From positions 1 through 49,883 of the forward strand of contig JBIICS010000003.1 in NCBI GenBank assembly GCA_044238735.1: 49,883 nt of DNA, written 5' to 3'. Positions 19,398 to 30,230 of the stretch are shown piece by piece. A program made the position numbers and the translations under genes. This DNA comes from Bacteroidia bacterium. GTDB taxonomy: Bacteria > Bacteroidota > Bacteroidia > UBA4408. Within the stretch, counting starts at the first letter, position 1. Each line of letters opens with the position of its first letter. A model generated the notes under the pieces. The model saw only the letters and a program-made list of their open reading frames with translations, was not told where the DNA came from and ran no database searches.

Positions 19398-22300
19398 ATG
19401 ATTAGAAAATTATTCTCTCTCGTTTTAGGATTAGCGCTTGGATTTTTCCCCACACTTTTATTGGCACAAGATGCTAACAAATTATGGAAACCCATTACTA
19501 AAGACGCTTTAAAAGATGAACGGGAAATTCCTAGAGGCTCACTAGTTAAGCAAGGCTATTATTATCAACTTAACTTAAATCAATTAAAAGAACTATTAAG
19601 AAACGCTCCTTTAAGGGGGACATTTACAGGCCTTTCACCACTAATTATATATTTCCCCGACGCTTACGGCTCATTTAGCAAATATGCTGTTATGGAAGCT
19701 CCTGTATTGCATCCAGAATTGGCGGCTAAGTATCCTGCAATTAAAAGTTATGCTGCTCAGGGCATCGATGATCCAACAGCAACATTACGATTTAGTGTTA
19801 CTCCATTTGGATTGCACGCTATGGTTTTATCTGGCAAGAATCCTACTAATTACATTGATCCTTATACTGTCAATAGAAATTTCTATGTGGTTTATGACAA
19901 GCAACAGGTGCAAAACGTTAATAATTTCTTTGAGTGTAATTTAAATGAAGGCATGAAACTTCCTTCTACAGGAAATGGTCCTTCTACCACCCTCGGTAAT
20001 ATAAACGATCAGAAACTGAGAACATACAGACTCGCACAATCCTGCAATGCAGAGTATGGAAATATTTTTGCAACAAATCCAGGAACCGAAAAAGCCGATA
20101 TTCAAGCACAAATGGCTATAACTATGACGCGTGTAAATGGTGTTTATGAAAGGGATTTAGCTATTACAATGACCTTTGTTCCCAATAATGACTTATTGAT
20201 TTATTATGGCAGTACTTCTGCTGATCCTTGGTCGGGCGAATTTAATACTAAAACTGCCCAGGTTATAGATGCTGCTATAGGCGTTGCAAATTACGACATC
20301 GGCCATAACTTCAATACTTCTGGTGGAGGAAGTGCCGGCTGTATAGGTTGTGTTTGTACCAGCCAAAGTCAATCGGGAACCCATAAAGGGCGTGGTTACA
20401 CCGGAAGTTCAAATCCTACAGGCGATCCTTTTGATATTGATTATGTGGCTCACGAAATGGGCCATCAGTTCGGTGGTTATCATGTTATGAATACCTGCAG
20501 CAGAAGTGGTAGCGGATCCACAGAGGTTGAACCCGCAAGCGGAAGCTCCATTATGGGCTATGCCGGAATTTGCAGTTCAAATGTTCAACCGAATAGCCAT
20601 GATGACTTTGCATACGTAAATATTCGCGATATTAGTGATAATATTCAAACTGGAGCAAGTTCTTGTGGAGCTCAAACGGTCTTAATTAATCAACCGCCAA
20701 CAGCAAGTGCAGGTTTAGATTTTGTGATTCCTAAGAGCACAGCGTATGTTTTAGAGGGCGCTGCTACGGATCCCGATGGAACAGCAGGCTTAACTTATAA
20801 CTGGGCTCAAAATGACCCCACTCGGTCGCCCGGAAGTGCTGCTCCGCTTTCTACTTACACTGTTGGTCCACTTTACAGAGCTCTTTCACCATCTACACTT
20901 TCTTATCGATACATGCCTAATATTAATACTATTTTATCCAACTCCCTGCAAAATACCTGGGAGGTTACTCCATCTGTTGCCCGTACATTAAACTTTTCCT
21001 TTATTGTTCGTGATAACGATGCTAATGGCGGACAAACCGCATCCGATTTAATGAAAGTTACTGTAGATGGAAATGCTGGCCCTTTTGTTGTAACCTCTCA
21101 AGCTACAACAGATACAATTGATGCAGGAAGCACTATTAACGTTACATGGAATGTTGCGAATACTAATGCGGGAAGCGTTAATTGTCAGAATGTAGACATT
21201 TTATTTTCAGTGGACAGCGGATTAACGTATCCTATTGTATTAGCCAGTGCTGTCCCTAATAATGGATCTGCATCAGTTATTATGCCCCAAAATGCTGCCA
21301 CTAACAAAGGAAGATTAATGGTAAGAGGTAATGGGAATATTTTCTTTGATATTAATAATGCATACTTAACTGTTCAGGCCGCCGAGTTCTTTCTCAGCTC
21401 ATTAAATAGTACTCAATCCAATTGCCCTGATGTTGATTCTGTAAATTATAGTTTAAACTATCAAACCTTTGTTGGATTTAGTGATACTACCTATTTTTCG
21501 TTGAGCGGCTTACCTGCCGGATTAACGGCTACCTTTACCCCAGCTTATGCTGTTAACAACAATACTTCAGTAGATTTATCTATTACAGGAATTGATTCCA
21601 GTTTTATCGGATCTTATGGACTTACGGTTGTAAGTACTTCGGCTAATGTTGTTAAGAATACATTGTTATCCTTAAATGTGTTAAACAATAATTTAGGATC
21701 AGTGGCTTTAAGCTTTCCTATAGATTCTGCTACAGGTATTTCAAATAATATTACCTTGAGTTGGCAAAGTACAGGAGGGGGAAGTACCTATGATTTAGAA
21801 ATTTCAAACGATTCTACGTTTACTAATATCTTCTCAAGTGCTAATTCTATAACTTCTAATTTTTATACTGTAAGTGGATTGATTTCTGCAACCAAATATT
21901 ATTGGAGGGTAAAAGCCAGCAATGTATGTTCTAATGGGGTTTATGGTAAAGCATTTAGTTTTATTACCAACAATTGTAATAATTTTATATCCGCTAATGT
22001 ACCTATTACAATATCTGCCTCAGGTACACCCACAATAAATTCTAATCTGAATATTTCGTTCAGCGGTGTTATCTCTGATGTTGATGTTATAGGCATAAAA
22101 GGAACTCATACATTCATAAGCGATTTAACGTTCAGTTTAAAGAGTCCTGCTAATACTACCTTAAAATTAATTGATCAGATTTGTGATTCTGAAAACAATT
22201 TTGATTTTAGTTTGGATGATGCCGCCGCAAATAATGTTTTGCCTTGTCCGCCAATTGGAGGTGGTACTTATCAACCTGAGGTATTATTAAATAGTTTTAA

Positions 22301-22697
22301 CGGACAGCAAACAAATGGCACCTGGACTTTATCTATTAAAGATAACTTTAATCAGGATGGAGGTAGCTTAACCGCATGGGGACTAAAAATTTGTTATCAG
22401 GATGCTCCTTTAGGTATGGTTTCCAAAACTATTTGGGCTTCCTTAAATCCGGTTCTTTATCCAAACCCAACTCATAATTTAACAACTGTTGGTTTTAGTT
22501 TGCAGGAGAAGCAAAAGGTTACAATCCAATTAAAGGATCTAACCGGTAAATGCATAGATACCATTGTAAATAATACGCTTAGCGAAGGTCCACACGAATT
22601 TACTATTGGAAATAACTCCAGCCTTTCGAAAGGAATTTACTTAGTTGAAATAAGCATTAATGATTTAAAAGTTACTAAGAAATTAGTGGTTGAGTAA
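19398..22697 (+). CDS. Reprolysin-like zinc metalloprotease with FN3-like and P-like domains and a T9SS type A CTD
   Basis: HEMGHQFGGYH zinc motif; Met-turn SSIMGYAG; YYWRVKA; HTFISDL...NGTWTLSIKD; CTD LYPNPTHN...KGIYLVEI...KKLVVE. Confidence 0.92.
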   Translation: MIRKLFSLVLGLALGFFPTLLLAQDANKLWKPITKDALKDEREIPRGSLVKQGYYYQLNLNQLKELLRNAPLRGTFTGLSPLIIYFPDAYGSFSKYAVMEAPVLHPELAAKYPAIKSYAAQGIDDPTATLRFSVTPFGLHAMVLSGKNPTNYIDPYTVNRNFYVVYDKQQVQNVNNFFECNLNEGMKLPSTGNGPSTTLGNINDQKLRTYRLAQSCNAEYGNIFATNPGTEKADIQAQMAITMTRVNGVYERDLAITMTFVPNNDLLIYYGSTSADPWSGEFNTKTAQVIDAAIGVANYDIGHNFNTSGGGSAGCIGCVCTSQSQSGTHKGRGYTGSSNPTGDPFDIDYVAHEMGHQFGGYHVMNTCSRSGSGSTEVEPASGSSIMGYAGICSSNVQPNSHDDFAYVNIRDISDNIQTGASSCGAQTVLINQPPTASAGLDFVIPKSTAYVLEGAATDPDGTAGLTYNWAQNDPTRSPGSAAPLSTYTVGPLYRALSPSTLSYRYMPNINTILSNSLQNTWEVTPSVARTLNFSFIVRDNDANGGQTASDLMKVTVDGNAGPFVVTSQATTDTIDAGSTINVTWNVANTNAGSVNCQNVDILFSVDSGLTYPIVLASAVPNNGSASVIMPQNAATNKGRLMVRGNGNIFFDINNAYLTVQAAEFFLSSLNSTQSNCPDVDSVNYSLNYQTFVGFSDTTYFSLSGLPAGLTATFTPAYAVNNNTSVDLSITGIDSSFIGSYGLTVVSTSANVVKNTLLSLNVLNNNLGSVALSFPIDSATGISNNITLSWQSTGGGSTYDLEISNDSTFTNIFSSANSITSNFYTVSGLISATKYYWRVKASNVCSNGVYGKAFSFITNNCNNFISANVPITISASGTPTINSNLNISFSGVISDVDVIGIKGTHTFISDLTFSLKSPANTTLKLIDQICDSENNFDFSLDDAAANNVLPCPPIGGGTYQPEVLLNSFNGQQTNGTWTLSIKDNFNQDGGSLTAWGLKICYQDAPLGMVSKTIWASLNPVLYPNPTHNLTTVGFSLQEKQKVTIQLKDLTGKCIDTIVNNTLSEGPHEFTIGNNSSLSKGIYLVEISINDLKVTKKLVVE

Positions 22698-22721
22698 TTT
22701 AGAAAATAAAAATTATAAAAT

Positions 22722-22761
22722 AAAAAGACTCCGTTACCTCATTTAACGGGGTCTTTTTTTT
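22722..22761. terminator. Bidirectional intrinsic terminator between convergent genes
   Basis: AAAAAGACTCCGTTA-loop-TAACGGGGTCTTTTTTTT, with A/T tracts on both sides. Confidence 0.85.
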
Positions 22762-22787
22762 AACTTCAATATTGAGGTGAGGAATAA

Positions 22788-23531
22788 CTACTGCGATTTT
22801 GTTCTAAAGAAATAACTGAACCTCAGGCCCCAATAGGAGCCTTTGTTGGTAAACTGATGCATATAGTTTTGATTATCTAAGGTATATTCAACAAATGAAT
22901 TTGCGATGTTATTGCCTGAAAAGGAACCAAATAAATAAACTCCAAATAATTGATTCTTTTTAAACTGCTTTTCCATACCTATTGATAGCAATCCATTTAC
23001 TCGAGTATATTTTCTTGCATTAGTCGTTTGCATTAATGTTGCAAAGGATTTATTAGCACTATCATCAATTTGATCTTTATTATTCTTAAAAGTTTTTAGA
23101 TTGTTATGCCAAGCCAGAGATACACCGCCACCAGCTACCCAGCGCCAATTTTTACAATTAAGGTTAGACTTGTAAAATCCCATTAATGGAATAATACCCT
23201 CTAGCCATTTGTGAGTAACACCTTTATAATGATAATCTTTATTTAATAAAGAATAGTTTTGAGTTAATACGGTTGAAAATCCCAACACATTAGCACCAAT
23301 ACCAGTTTGAATAAAAAGATGATTATTTAAATCTTTCCGGGCACTAATTTGCCATTCAACGCCTTTAAATTCGTTGTGATGGAAACGGGCATGAGCATTA
23401 CCGTTACCTCCTATAAAATGAGATTCATTATGCGTACTACTTAAAGATAGACCCCATTGTATTTTACCGCTTTGTGCAAATAATCCCAATGTTCCCAACA
23501 GAGCAAGGGAGGTTAATCCAATTTTTTTCAT
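22788..23531 (-). CDS. Outer membrane beta-barrel domain protein
   Basis: Signal peptide (LFA-Q); alternating amphipathic strands; aromatic C-terminal strand YWGLRFSYFF. Confidence 0.7.
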   Translation of the reverse strand: MKKIGLTSLALLGTLGLFAQSGKIQWGLSLSSTHNESHFIGGNGNAHARFHHNEFKGVEWQISARKDLNNHLFIQTGIGANVLGFSTVLTQNYSLLNKDYHYKGVTHKWLEGIIPLMGFYKSNLNCKNWRWVAGGGVSLAWHNNLKTFKNNKDQIDDSANKSFATLMQTTNARKYTRVNGLLSIGMEKQFKKNQLFGVYLFGSFSGNNIANSFVEYTLDNQNYMHQFTNKGSYWGLRFSYFFRTKSQ

Positions 23532-23645
23532 GATATACAGATTTTATTAAAATTATAAATAAAATATGTTAATGTCAATTGACAAAAAATATGTAAAGGG
23601 CAAAGCATACGAGAGCGGAACATACTGAGTGATAAATAAATTATT

Positions 23646-25253
23646 TTAGGACAATCCGTTCGTTTTACTTTTAATTACGAGGTTAAGGATGATGCTGAAA
23701 AAGGCTCCGATTAGCATCAAAAAAGCAATCCAGTCGCCAAAGCGAGTATAAAAAGTAAGTTCATTATTTAAATTAACCGTTTGTTTGAGAGTTGATTCTT
23801 CCCACCAGTTAGTAGCATTTGTAATTTCACCAGTTTGATTAATAATTGCTGATATACCGGTATTTGCACTTCTAACCACACTTCTACGGTGTTCAATTGC
23901 TAATAAGCGAGCATAATTAAGGTGTTGCTTGTAGCCGGGAGTATCTCCCCACCAACCATCGTTTGTTATAATTCCAATTAAGTTGGCGCCTTTACTTACA
24001 AAGTCTCCTACTAAACCTCCGTATATACTTTCATAACATATAATTGAAGCAATACATAATTCATCACCCTTTACCTTAAAAACACTGGGTTCTTTTTGCG
24101 ATCCTAAACTACCCGATGTTCCGCCTAATTCTATAGCAAAGCTTTCAAAAAGTTTAAAAAATTTAGGAAAGGGCATTTTTTCTACTCCCGGAACTAGTCG
24201 GGATTTATGATAAAACTGATTTTTTTCTTTATTAGAAAAAAAGGCAGCGGTATTAAATATATCAAAATACATATCGGCATCTATAAATTTACGAGCGGTT
24301 TCTGTGGCCTCAGCTTTACTATTATATACTTTTAACGTAGAAACTCCCATTAACATTTTAAGTTTTGCATTTTGTTGTAAAAACTTATGAATAATGGTGT
24401 CTTCCTGTGTTAATGCAAATTCATCTTCGTTAATATTTTGAGGAAGTGTAGTTTCGGGTGTTACCACCAGATCGGTACTTTGATCAATTTCGGTAGAAGC
24501 CAACTGTAGTGCCTTATGTAGCTGATACTCCTGGGTTAGGCTTGTAAATTTCTCATTGTATGGATCTATGTTGGGTTGAACGACCACTACATTTAGAGGA
24601 TTAAATTTTTCTTGATATCTGTAAAAAATAAACAGAGAGCAAATTACCGGCAATAATACAGTGCCTATTAAAAGACTAAGCCACTTTAGATTTTCTTTAA
24701 GTGTTTCTTGTTTAAAATATACCTTTTTAATTAACTGGTAAATAATTCCATTAATCATTAATATCCATAAACTTCCACCAAAAGGCCCCGTATATTCGTA
24801 CCATTGAATGTATTTAGTAATCATAGCCAAACCGTTACCTAATGTTAGCCATGGCCAGGTAAGATCCCAATCGTGATGCAAATATTCGAATGAAATCCAA
24901 AATAAAGGAAATAAAAATATTCGCAACACTTCATTAATCTTTCGTGTACTAACCGACCACAGCCAAAAAGTAAAGAACATTAATAGCGCATTGGAGACAA
25001 TTGCCATAATTGCTCCTCCTGCAGAAGCATTCCATATCCACCAGGTGGTTAAAATATTCCATATTAAGAAGGGCGGATAGAAATAAAGAAAGAAATTATA
25101 TTTTTTAAAATAATTTTTTATCCAATAGTCTTCTGCAATAAACAAGGGGATAAAAGAAACGAAGATTAACGGTGAAATTCCGGAAACTGGCCAAGATACA
25201 GACAATAAAAGGCCACTAGCCAATAGAGCAAGAAGAAATTTTTTTTTATTCAT
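23646..25253 (-). CDS. lnt: Apolipoprotein N-acyltransferase
   Basis: TM domain with WPWLTLG; VVQPNI; nitrilase-fold triad PE(TT), YHKSRLVPGVE, ICYES; TNDGWW; RSANTGISA. Confidence 0.95.
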   Translation of the reverse strand: MNKKKFLLALLASGLLLSVSWPVSGISPLIFVSFIPLFIAEDYWIKNYFKKYNFFLYFYPPFLIWNILTTWWIWNASAGGAIMAIVSNALLMFFTFWLWSVSTRKINEVLRIFLFPLFWISFEYLHHDWDLTWPWLTLGNGLAMITKYIQWYEYTGPFGGSLWILMINGIIYQLIKKVYFKQETLKENLKWLSLLIGTVLLPVICSLFIFYRYQEKFNPLNVVVVQPNIDPYNEKFTSLTQEYQLHKALQLASTEIDQSTDLVVTPETTLPQNINEDEFALTQEDTIIHKFLQQNAKLKMLMGVSTLKVYNSKAEATETARKFIDADMYFDIFNTAAFFSNKEKNQFYHKSRLVPGVEKMPFPKFFKLFESFAIELGGTSGSLGSQKEPSVFKVKGDELCIASIICYESIYGGLVGDFVSKGANLIGIITNDGWWGDTPGYKQHLNYARLLAIEHRRSVVRSANTGISAIINQTGEITNATNWWEESTLKQTVNLNNELTFYTRFGDWIAFLMLIGAFFSIILNLVIKSKTNGLS

Positions 25254-25256
25254 AAA

Positions 25257-28200
25257 TTATCGCATGATGTATAGCTTTCCAAAACCCTTTTTAAAAAAGG
25301 TATCGGCCTTTGTTTCTCTTTTTTCGATAGTTTGACCGTTTATATTGGTTACCACCTTATAAAAGTATACGCCATTGGCCAACTTATCGCCAAAAGAATC
25401 GGTTCCATCCCAGGCATATTCTGTAATATTTCTGCCAATGTGTATGGATCCTAATTCTGATAAATCAATTTCTCTAACCACCTTTCCGCTAATACTTAAA
25501 ATCTGAATTTTAAAGTATGTAGGAATCTCACTTCCGGTGAGGGTAAAAACAAAACGGGTACTGGTGCTAAAAGGATTTGGATAGTTTAAAACTTCTGTAA
25601 TAGTAGATTTCGTTACAATTTCAAAACTTATTTTGTATTCGTTACTACCCGAACGGTTTCCGCTTACATCTTTCCCTTGAACAACAAGTTGATAAACTCC
25701 GTCTTTCGTGAAGCTGGGTTTATAATTAATCTTAGCTCTGTTGGAAGGTAAGCTTGCAGGAGTAAATTCAAGTTTGTAATATGGTGTTTCTGCAAAATAA
25801 AGAGGTATCCTGTTTGCGTTATCCGGTTCAATTAGATATAAATTAAACAAGGAAGTATCATTGATTGCCAAAAATTTATTTTCATCTTTTAGTGTAATTA
25901 AAACATCAGGTTTAGCCGAAACAATATCACCGTTCATAATTCTAATACCGTCAAAAGTTACGTCTAAAAGGGGATTGATTTTATCCGGATTTACACCAAA
26001 TGATAAATTAAAGAAATTATTGAAATGATATTTTTCTGGTTGATCGTTATTAGGATTTATTTCCATCCAAATGGAGTTTGATCCACTTAAGGAAAGTGTT
26101 GGAATAGTAATAGTACTGTACATGGTATCTTCTTTAAATAAAGGGCTTTGGCGTTTATAGGGTAATGGTTGCTGAAGGTTATAGGGCAAATCAATTCGTT
26201 GATTGTTGTTGTTTATAATCCAGTAATTTATCATTAAGCTATCCATGTTAACATCACTAATGTTTTTAACAGCAAGGGTAAGCTTAATGTCTTCGCCCGA
26301 ATTTACATTCGAATTACTTATTTCCATCTTAATGTTAGGCGCAACGGCAGCCTCCGGAACCTCATCGTGTAATAGTCTCCAGTATCTTAACTGACGTGGG
26401 TTTAATGTAATATCATCTTTGGTGTAAAAGTTCAATTTTAAATAGGGGTATACATTAGCATCAGCATAATTATACAAATCCAAAACATCCAGAGTAGATG
26501 GATCAAATTGAGCCAGTAATGTACCCTTCTCGCTTAAGTTTTTTAAACCATAAATTTTAGCTATTACTTCATCATTACTTGGAACCTCTATACTCCTTGT
26601 TCTCCAGTGAAAAGAATTCCACTTGTTGGCTGGTCCGGCAATTACCGAATTCATATTGCCGTAATTCCAATTTTTGCTTACAACTTTATTGTAATTTATC
26701 ACTTCATTAATTGATGTTCCTATAACTTGTTCGGCGGAGTTTACATCGCCTTTTTTACAAAAGAAGATATAGGGAACACTTCCCATAAAATTATTAACGT
26801 TGCCACCCAAAGAATTAAGAAAAGAAATAGTTGTATTATCCCATTTAGAAAAATCTCCATGAACATACGTATACATCAAAATATAATACCCATTAGGTAT
26901 AGCTGTATCCAAAAACATTCTCATGGCCTGCAACTGAGACGGATTGCTGGGTGCAAATGCAAAACTGGCATCCGGATTTATTCTCGATCCACAAGCACTC
27001 TGGCCATTAATAAAAGCGTTGTTATTACCATAATTATTTCGATCGGTAAGCCAGGGTTTAAAAGTTAAGGTATCAATAACTGCTATATTAATTTGGGGCG
27101 TAAATCCACAACCTGCATAATCCATAATGTTACCATCAATTTTATAACCGGTTGCAAAAGATACACTGTTTCCGATAACATCGCATTGAATGTTTACAGA
27201 TGAATTAACATATTCTAGTTTTCTGATGTTACGATTATAGTTTAAAAATGTAAACTCATTTTCCTTAAATTGAAAAAAGTGGCTTTGACCCCAACCGCTT
27301 TTTGCAGGAATATATTGAAATGAAAATTCTTTCCACTTTAAATTTGTACTTCCGTCATCGTAGGCTACTCTCCAAAAATAGACCGTGCTGTCGGTTAGTA
27401 AAAAGGGAAGATTCCATTGTACAATACCTCCCGGTTTATTTACAGTTGTTTGTTTTAAAAACGGACTGTTAAACAAATCTGTAGTATCTATCTGGAATTT
27501 ATAATTACGGAGAGGTGCTAACGGATTGCTGGTAGAAGCAATAAGCCGTGTTGTATCATTTGGTATTACAGAATAATTATAAGGATAAATTGGAAACACA
27601 TCATCCGAATTAATATTAACGCCATAACATGCTTTATTGTTGATATAGTTCTCTAATTCATCAATAGCATTGGAGGGATCAGCATTAACACAAAAATTAT
27701 TAATTCCGCCTGCTTCAAACGACTTGGTAGGAAACTTAAAATAAGCAGTATCCGCATAATATGATCTGTTAATTTGTGTAGCATAAACTTCGGTAATCTG
27801 ATTAGGAAGGGTTCTTTTATATTCAATCTGTACTGGTTGATTATACGCTCTTCCAATATTATTAATTACAGCTTTAACTGTAAATGAATCCACCGTTGCA
27901 TCAATATTTTGTGGAGACGTAATAATATTATTTGCAGTAACTAAAAAATCGGGTTTCGCAGGAGAGTTTAAAATTATAGCGGGATCACCGTGTAAGGTCA
28001 TCTCCAAACAAGTAGCCCTCATTATGTTATTTTGAACTGACGATGAGGTATTGATTGCATTTTGGATTGAGGTTCCAATTGATTTTCCGTAATTAATTTT
28101 ACCAATGTTATTAAACAAGTTTGTAGAATAAATATTTAAAAAGCTTGTAACACCCGTTCCTACTTGCGCCAAAAATCCAATTGCACCTTTATTTTTATTT

Positions 28201-30230
28201 AACACCCAGTCTTCGCTGGTTGTAGCAGAAGATGGGGTATGTATATCACCCGCATAACAACTGTTGGCAACAATAAGCGGATACTTACCCTGGTTATTGT
28301 AATTAGAAGCGTAATCTATACTTACATCAAAACTACTACCGGCCGCATGGCCAAAAAAAGTCATTAAACTTACGCCATTATTAATTAAGTTTTTAACCGA
28401 ATCGGGCACATTGGTTTGAATGGGCTGATTTGTTGTTTTAGAAAACAAATGTATTTTACCGCCAAAATAAAAATCTACGAGTGTATCTGCATATATCTGC
28501 AAATAACTCTTTAATTCATTATTTTGATTAATGTCTGTGCCACCCGCAAAATGCAATATGTTCTTCATCCACAATGCAGGAGCGTTATTTTCGAATTCAA
28601 TTATTTTATTTAAATAGTCTTGGGCCTCAACATTATTTTTTGCTGCCACTCTTCCGGTTGCTAACGAAGGGACCAGTTCAGGAGTATTAATATTTGCAGT
28701 AATCAGATTATCAGACGCAGGTTCTCCCCAAGTAGGCACAAGACAGGAGTTGTAATTGGTACTGTTAAATCTGTTGTTAGAGCTGGAAATTCCTTTACCT
28801 AGCAACAATAAATACCGGGCCCTGGTTCCGTTATTTAAAAGGTTTACTATCAATCCCCTTATTGCATATGGATTTTTATTAATACCGTGTGCATATTGTT
28901 CGTATAATTCATTGATATTTACATAGGAAGCGTTTAATCCTTTAGAAGTTCGATAGGTAGCGTAGTTATTGGCAGCCTGAGAAAGTGAAGGATGGCTAAC
29001 GATTAAAAACTCCGCTCCGTTTAAGGTTGTTTTATAATTAGTGAAAAAACCCGGCGAACTACCTGTGGGATTTGCCAGTTTTATATTGTTAATCGCTTTT
29101 ATTTTAGCCTGACTAACAATGACGCATTGATGTTGAGCCCCTATTGATGGAATGAGTGCTGAAAATCCAGATCCGTTATTAAAAAAACTAATTCTAAACT
29201 TACCGCTTAAATCGTATAAAATACTATTAGTGGCTGTTCCGGAAAATTTAGTAAAATCTAAACGCGTTTTAGCCTCATTAAATTCTTCATTCAAATAAAA
29301 ATTAAAAAAAGCAGAATCCTCAAAATTACATAGGTGAGGATACATTAATTCGGTATATGCAAGCCCAATCCGGCCTGTTGAATTTACTCCTGGAAACGCA
29401 ATAGAATTTACAGCGATAGCATTATTGGCGTTTAGAAGGGAGTTATTTATAATTAATTTTCGTTTAATATGATTGAAATCGGTATAACTGGTATCGGTAA
29501 GGGGCGTGTTGTTAAAAACAAACTGAACCGTATTTTTGCCCGTTGCATCCGTAATTAATCCGTATTTTAAAGTTGCATTTGCACCCGAATAAATTTGGGG
29601 TGCCGGAAGATTTATATTTAATGATGAACCAACTCCAAAAATGCTGCTTACATAACCCTCCCCATCCATATAGCCTGGTTCTCCCAAGCCAAATATAACT
29701 CTTGGTCCACCGTGATAATAATTATTGAAATATCTTAAAACTGATTTATAATAAAAGTTAACCGGTGTATAAGTGCTAAAGTTATTATCGTTTTGAACGC
29801 TATATCTTAAATTTCCCGAAAATTGATTATTGTAGGTAAGGTAATAATAGGCGGTGTCGCCAAACAAACTGAAATATGGATTAACCTGTTGGGATGGATT
29901 TTTATAAAATACGCTATCAAAATATCCATCATTTCGTTGACCATAAAATTCAATAAAATCGTTTGTATTAAAAATACCATCACCTTCACCTTCAATGAAT
30001 AGAGGAATTTCTTGACCCCTTGCAAATAGTTGTATATTTTTGGCTGAAATACTATTTACAGGATATCCTGCCTGAACCAAACTAGCATAATTTATGCGGT
30101 AAATACCATCTTCGGTAACAGGAAACCGCCAGTATTTTTGAGAATAATTTATCCATTCATTTCCGTATGGCTGTGCTTTAGCCGAAACTATCCACAAGCT
30201 TACTAAAATAAATGAAATTAACGTTCTCAT
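25257..30230 (-). CDS. PorU-like C25 (gingipain-family) cysteine peptidase, long variant (putative T9SS sortase paralogue)
   Basis: Signal peptide; YLLLLGKG, ATGRVAA; catalytic FFGHAAG and ANSCYAG; LHGDPAI; PorU-like C-terminus NYPNPFSTSTRF...WDGTD.FGDKLANGVYFYKV. Confidence 0.85.
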   Translation of the reverse strand: MRTLISFILVSLWIVSAKAQPYGNEWINYSQKYWRFPVTEDGIYRINYASLVQAGYPVNSISAKNIQLFARGQEIPLFIEGEGDGIFNTNDFIEFYGQRNDGYFDSVFYKNPSQQVNPYFSLFGDTAYYYLTYNNQFSGNLRYSVQNDNNFSTYTPVNFYYKSVLRYFNNYYHGGPRVIFGLGEPGYMDGEGYVSSIFGVGSSLNINLPAPQIYSGANATLKYGLITDATGKNTVQFVFNNTPLTDTSYTDFNHIKRKLIINNSLLNANNAIAVNSIAFPGVNSTGRIGLAYTELMYPHLCNFEDSAFFNFYLNEEFNEAKTRLDFTKFSGTATNSILYDLSGKFRISFFNNGSGFSALIPSIGAQHQCVIVSQAKIKAINNIKLANPTGSSPGFFTNYKTTLNGAEFLIVSHPSLSQAANNYATYRTSKGLNASYVNINELYEQYAHGINKNPYAIRGLIVNLLNNGTRARYLLLLGKGISSSNNRFNSTNYNSCLVPTWGEPASDNLITANINTPELVPSLATGRVAAKNNVEAQDYLNKIIEFENNAPALWMKNILHFAGGTDINQNNELKSYLQIYADTLVDFYFGGKIHLFSKTTNQPIQTNVPDSVKNLINNGVSLMTFFGHAAGSSFDVSIDYASNYNNQGKYPLIVANSCYAGDIHTPSSATTSEDWVLNKNKGAIGFLAQVGTGVTSFLNIYSTNLFNNIGKINYGKSIGTSIQNAINTSSSVQNNIMRATCLEMTLHGDPAIILNSPAKPDFLVTANNIITSPQNIDATVDSFTVKAVINNIGRAYNQPVQIEYKRTLPNQITEVYATQINRSYYADTAYFKFPTKSFEAGGINNFCVNADPSNAIDELENYINNKACYGVNINSDDVFPIYPYNYSVIPNDTTRLIASTSNPLAPLRNYKFQIDTTDLFNSPFLKQTTVNKPGGIVQWNLPFLLTDSTVYFWRVAYDDGSTNLKWKEFSFQYIPAKSGWGQSHFFQFKENEFTFLNYNRNIRKLEYVNSSVNIQCDVIGNSVSFATGYKIDGNIMDYAGCGFTPQINIAVIDTLTFKPWLTDRNNYGNNNAFINGQSACGSRINPDASFAFAPSNPSQLQAMRMFLDTAIPNGYYILMYTYVHGDFSKWDNTTISFLNSLGGNVNNFMGSVPYIFFCKKGDVNSAEQVIGTSINEVINYNKVVSKNWNYGNMNSVIAGPANKWNSFHWRTRSIEVPSNDEVIAKIYGLKNLSEKGTLLAQFDPSTLDVLDLYNYADANVYPYLKLNFYTKDDITLNPRQLRYWRLLHDEVPEAAVAPNIKMEISNSNVNSGEDIKLTLAVKNISDVNMDSLMINYWIINNNNQRIDLPYNLQQPLPYKRQSPLFKEDTMYSTITIPTLSLSGSNSIWMEINPNNDQPEKYHFNNFFNLSFGVNPDKINPLLDVTFDGIRIMNGDIVSAKPDVLITLKDENKFLAINDTSLFNLYLIEPDNANRIPLYFAETPYYKLEFTPASLPSNRAKINYKPSFTKDGVYQLVVQGKDVSGNRSGSNEYKISFEIVTKSTITEVLNYPNPFSTSTRFVFTLTGSEIPTYFKIQILSISGKVVREIDLSELGSIHIGRNITEYAWDGTDSFGDKLANGVYFYKVVTNINGQTIEKRETKADTFFKKGFGKLYIMR

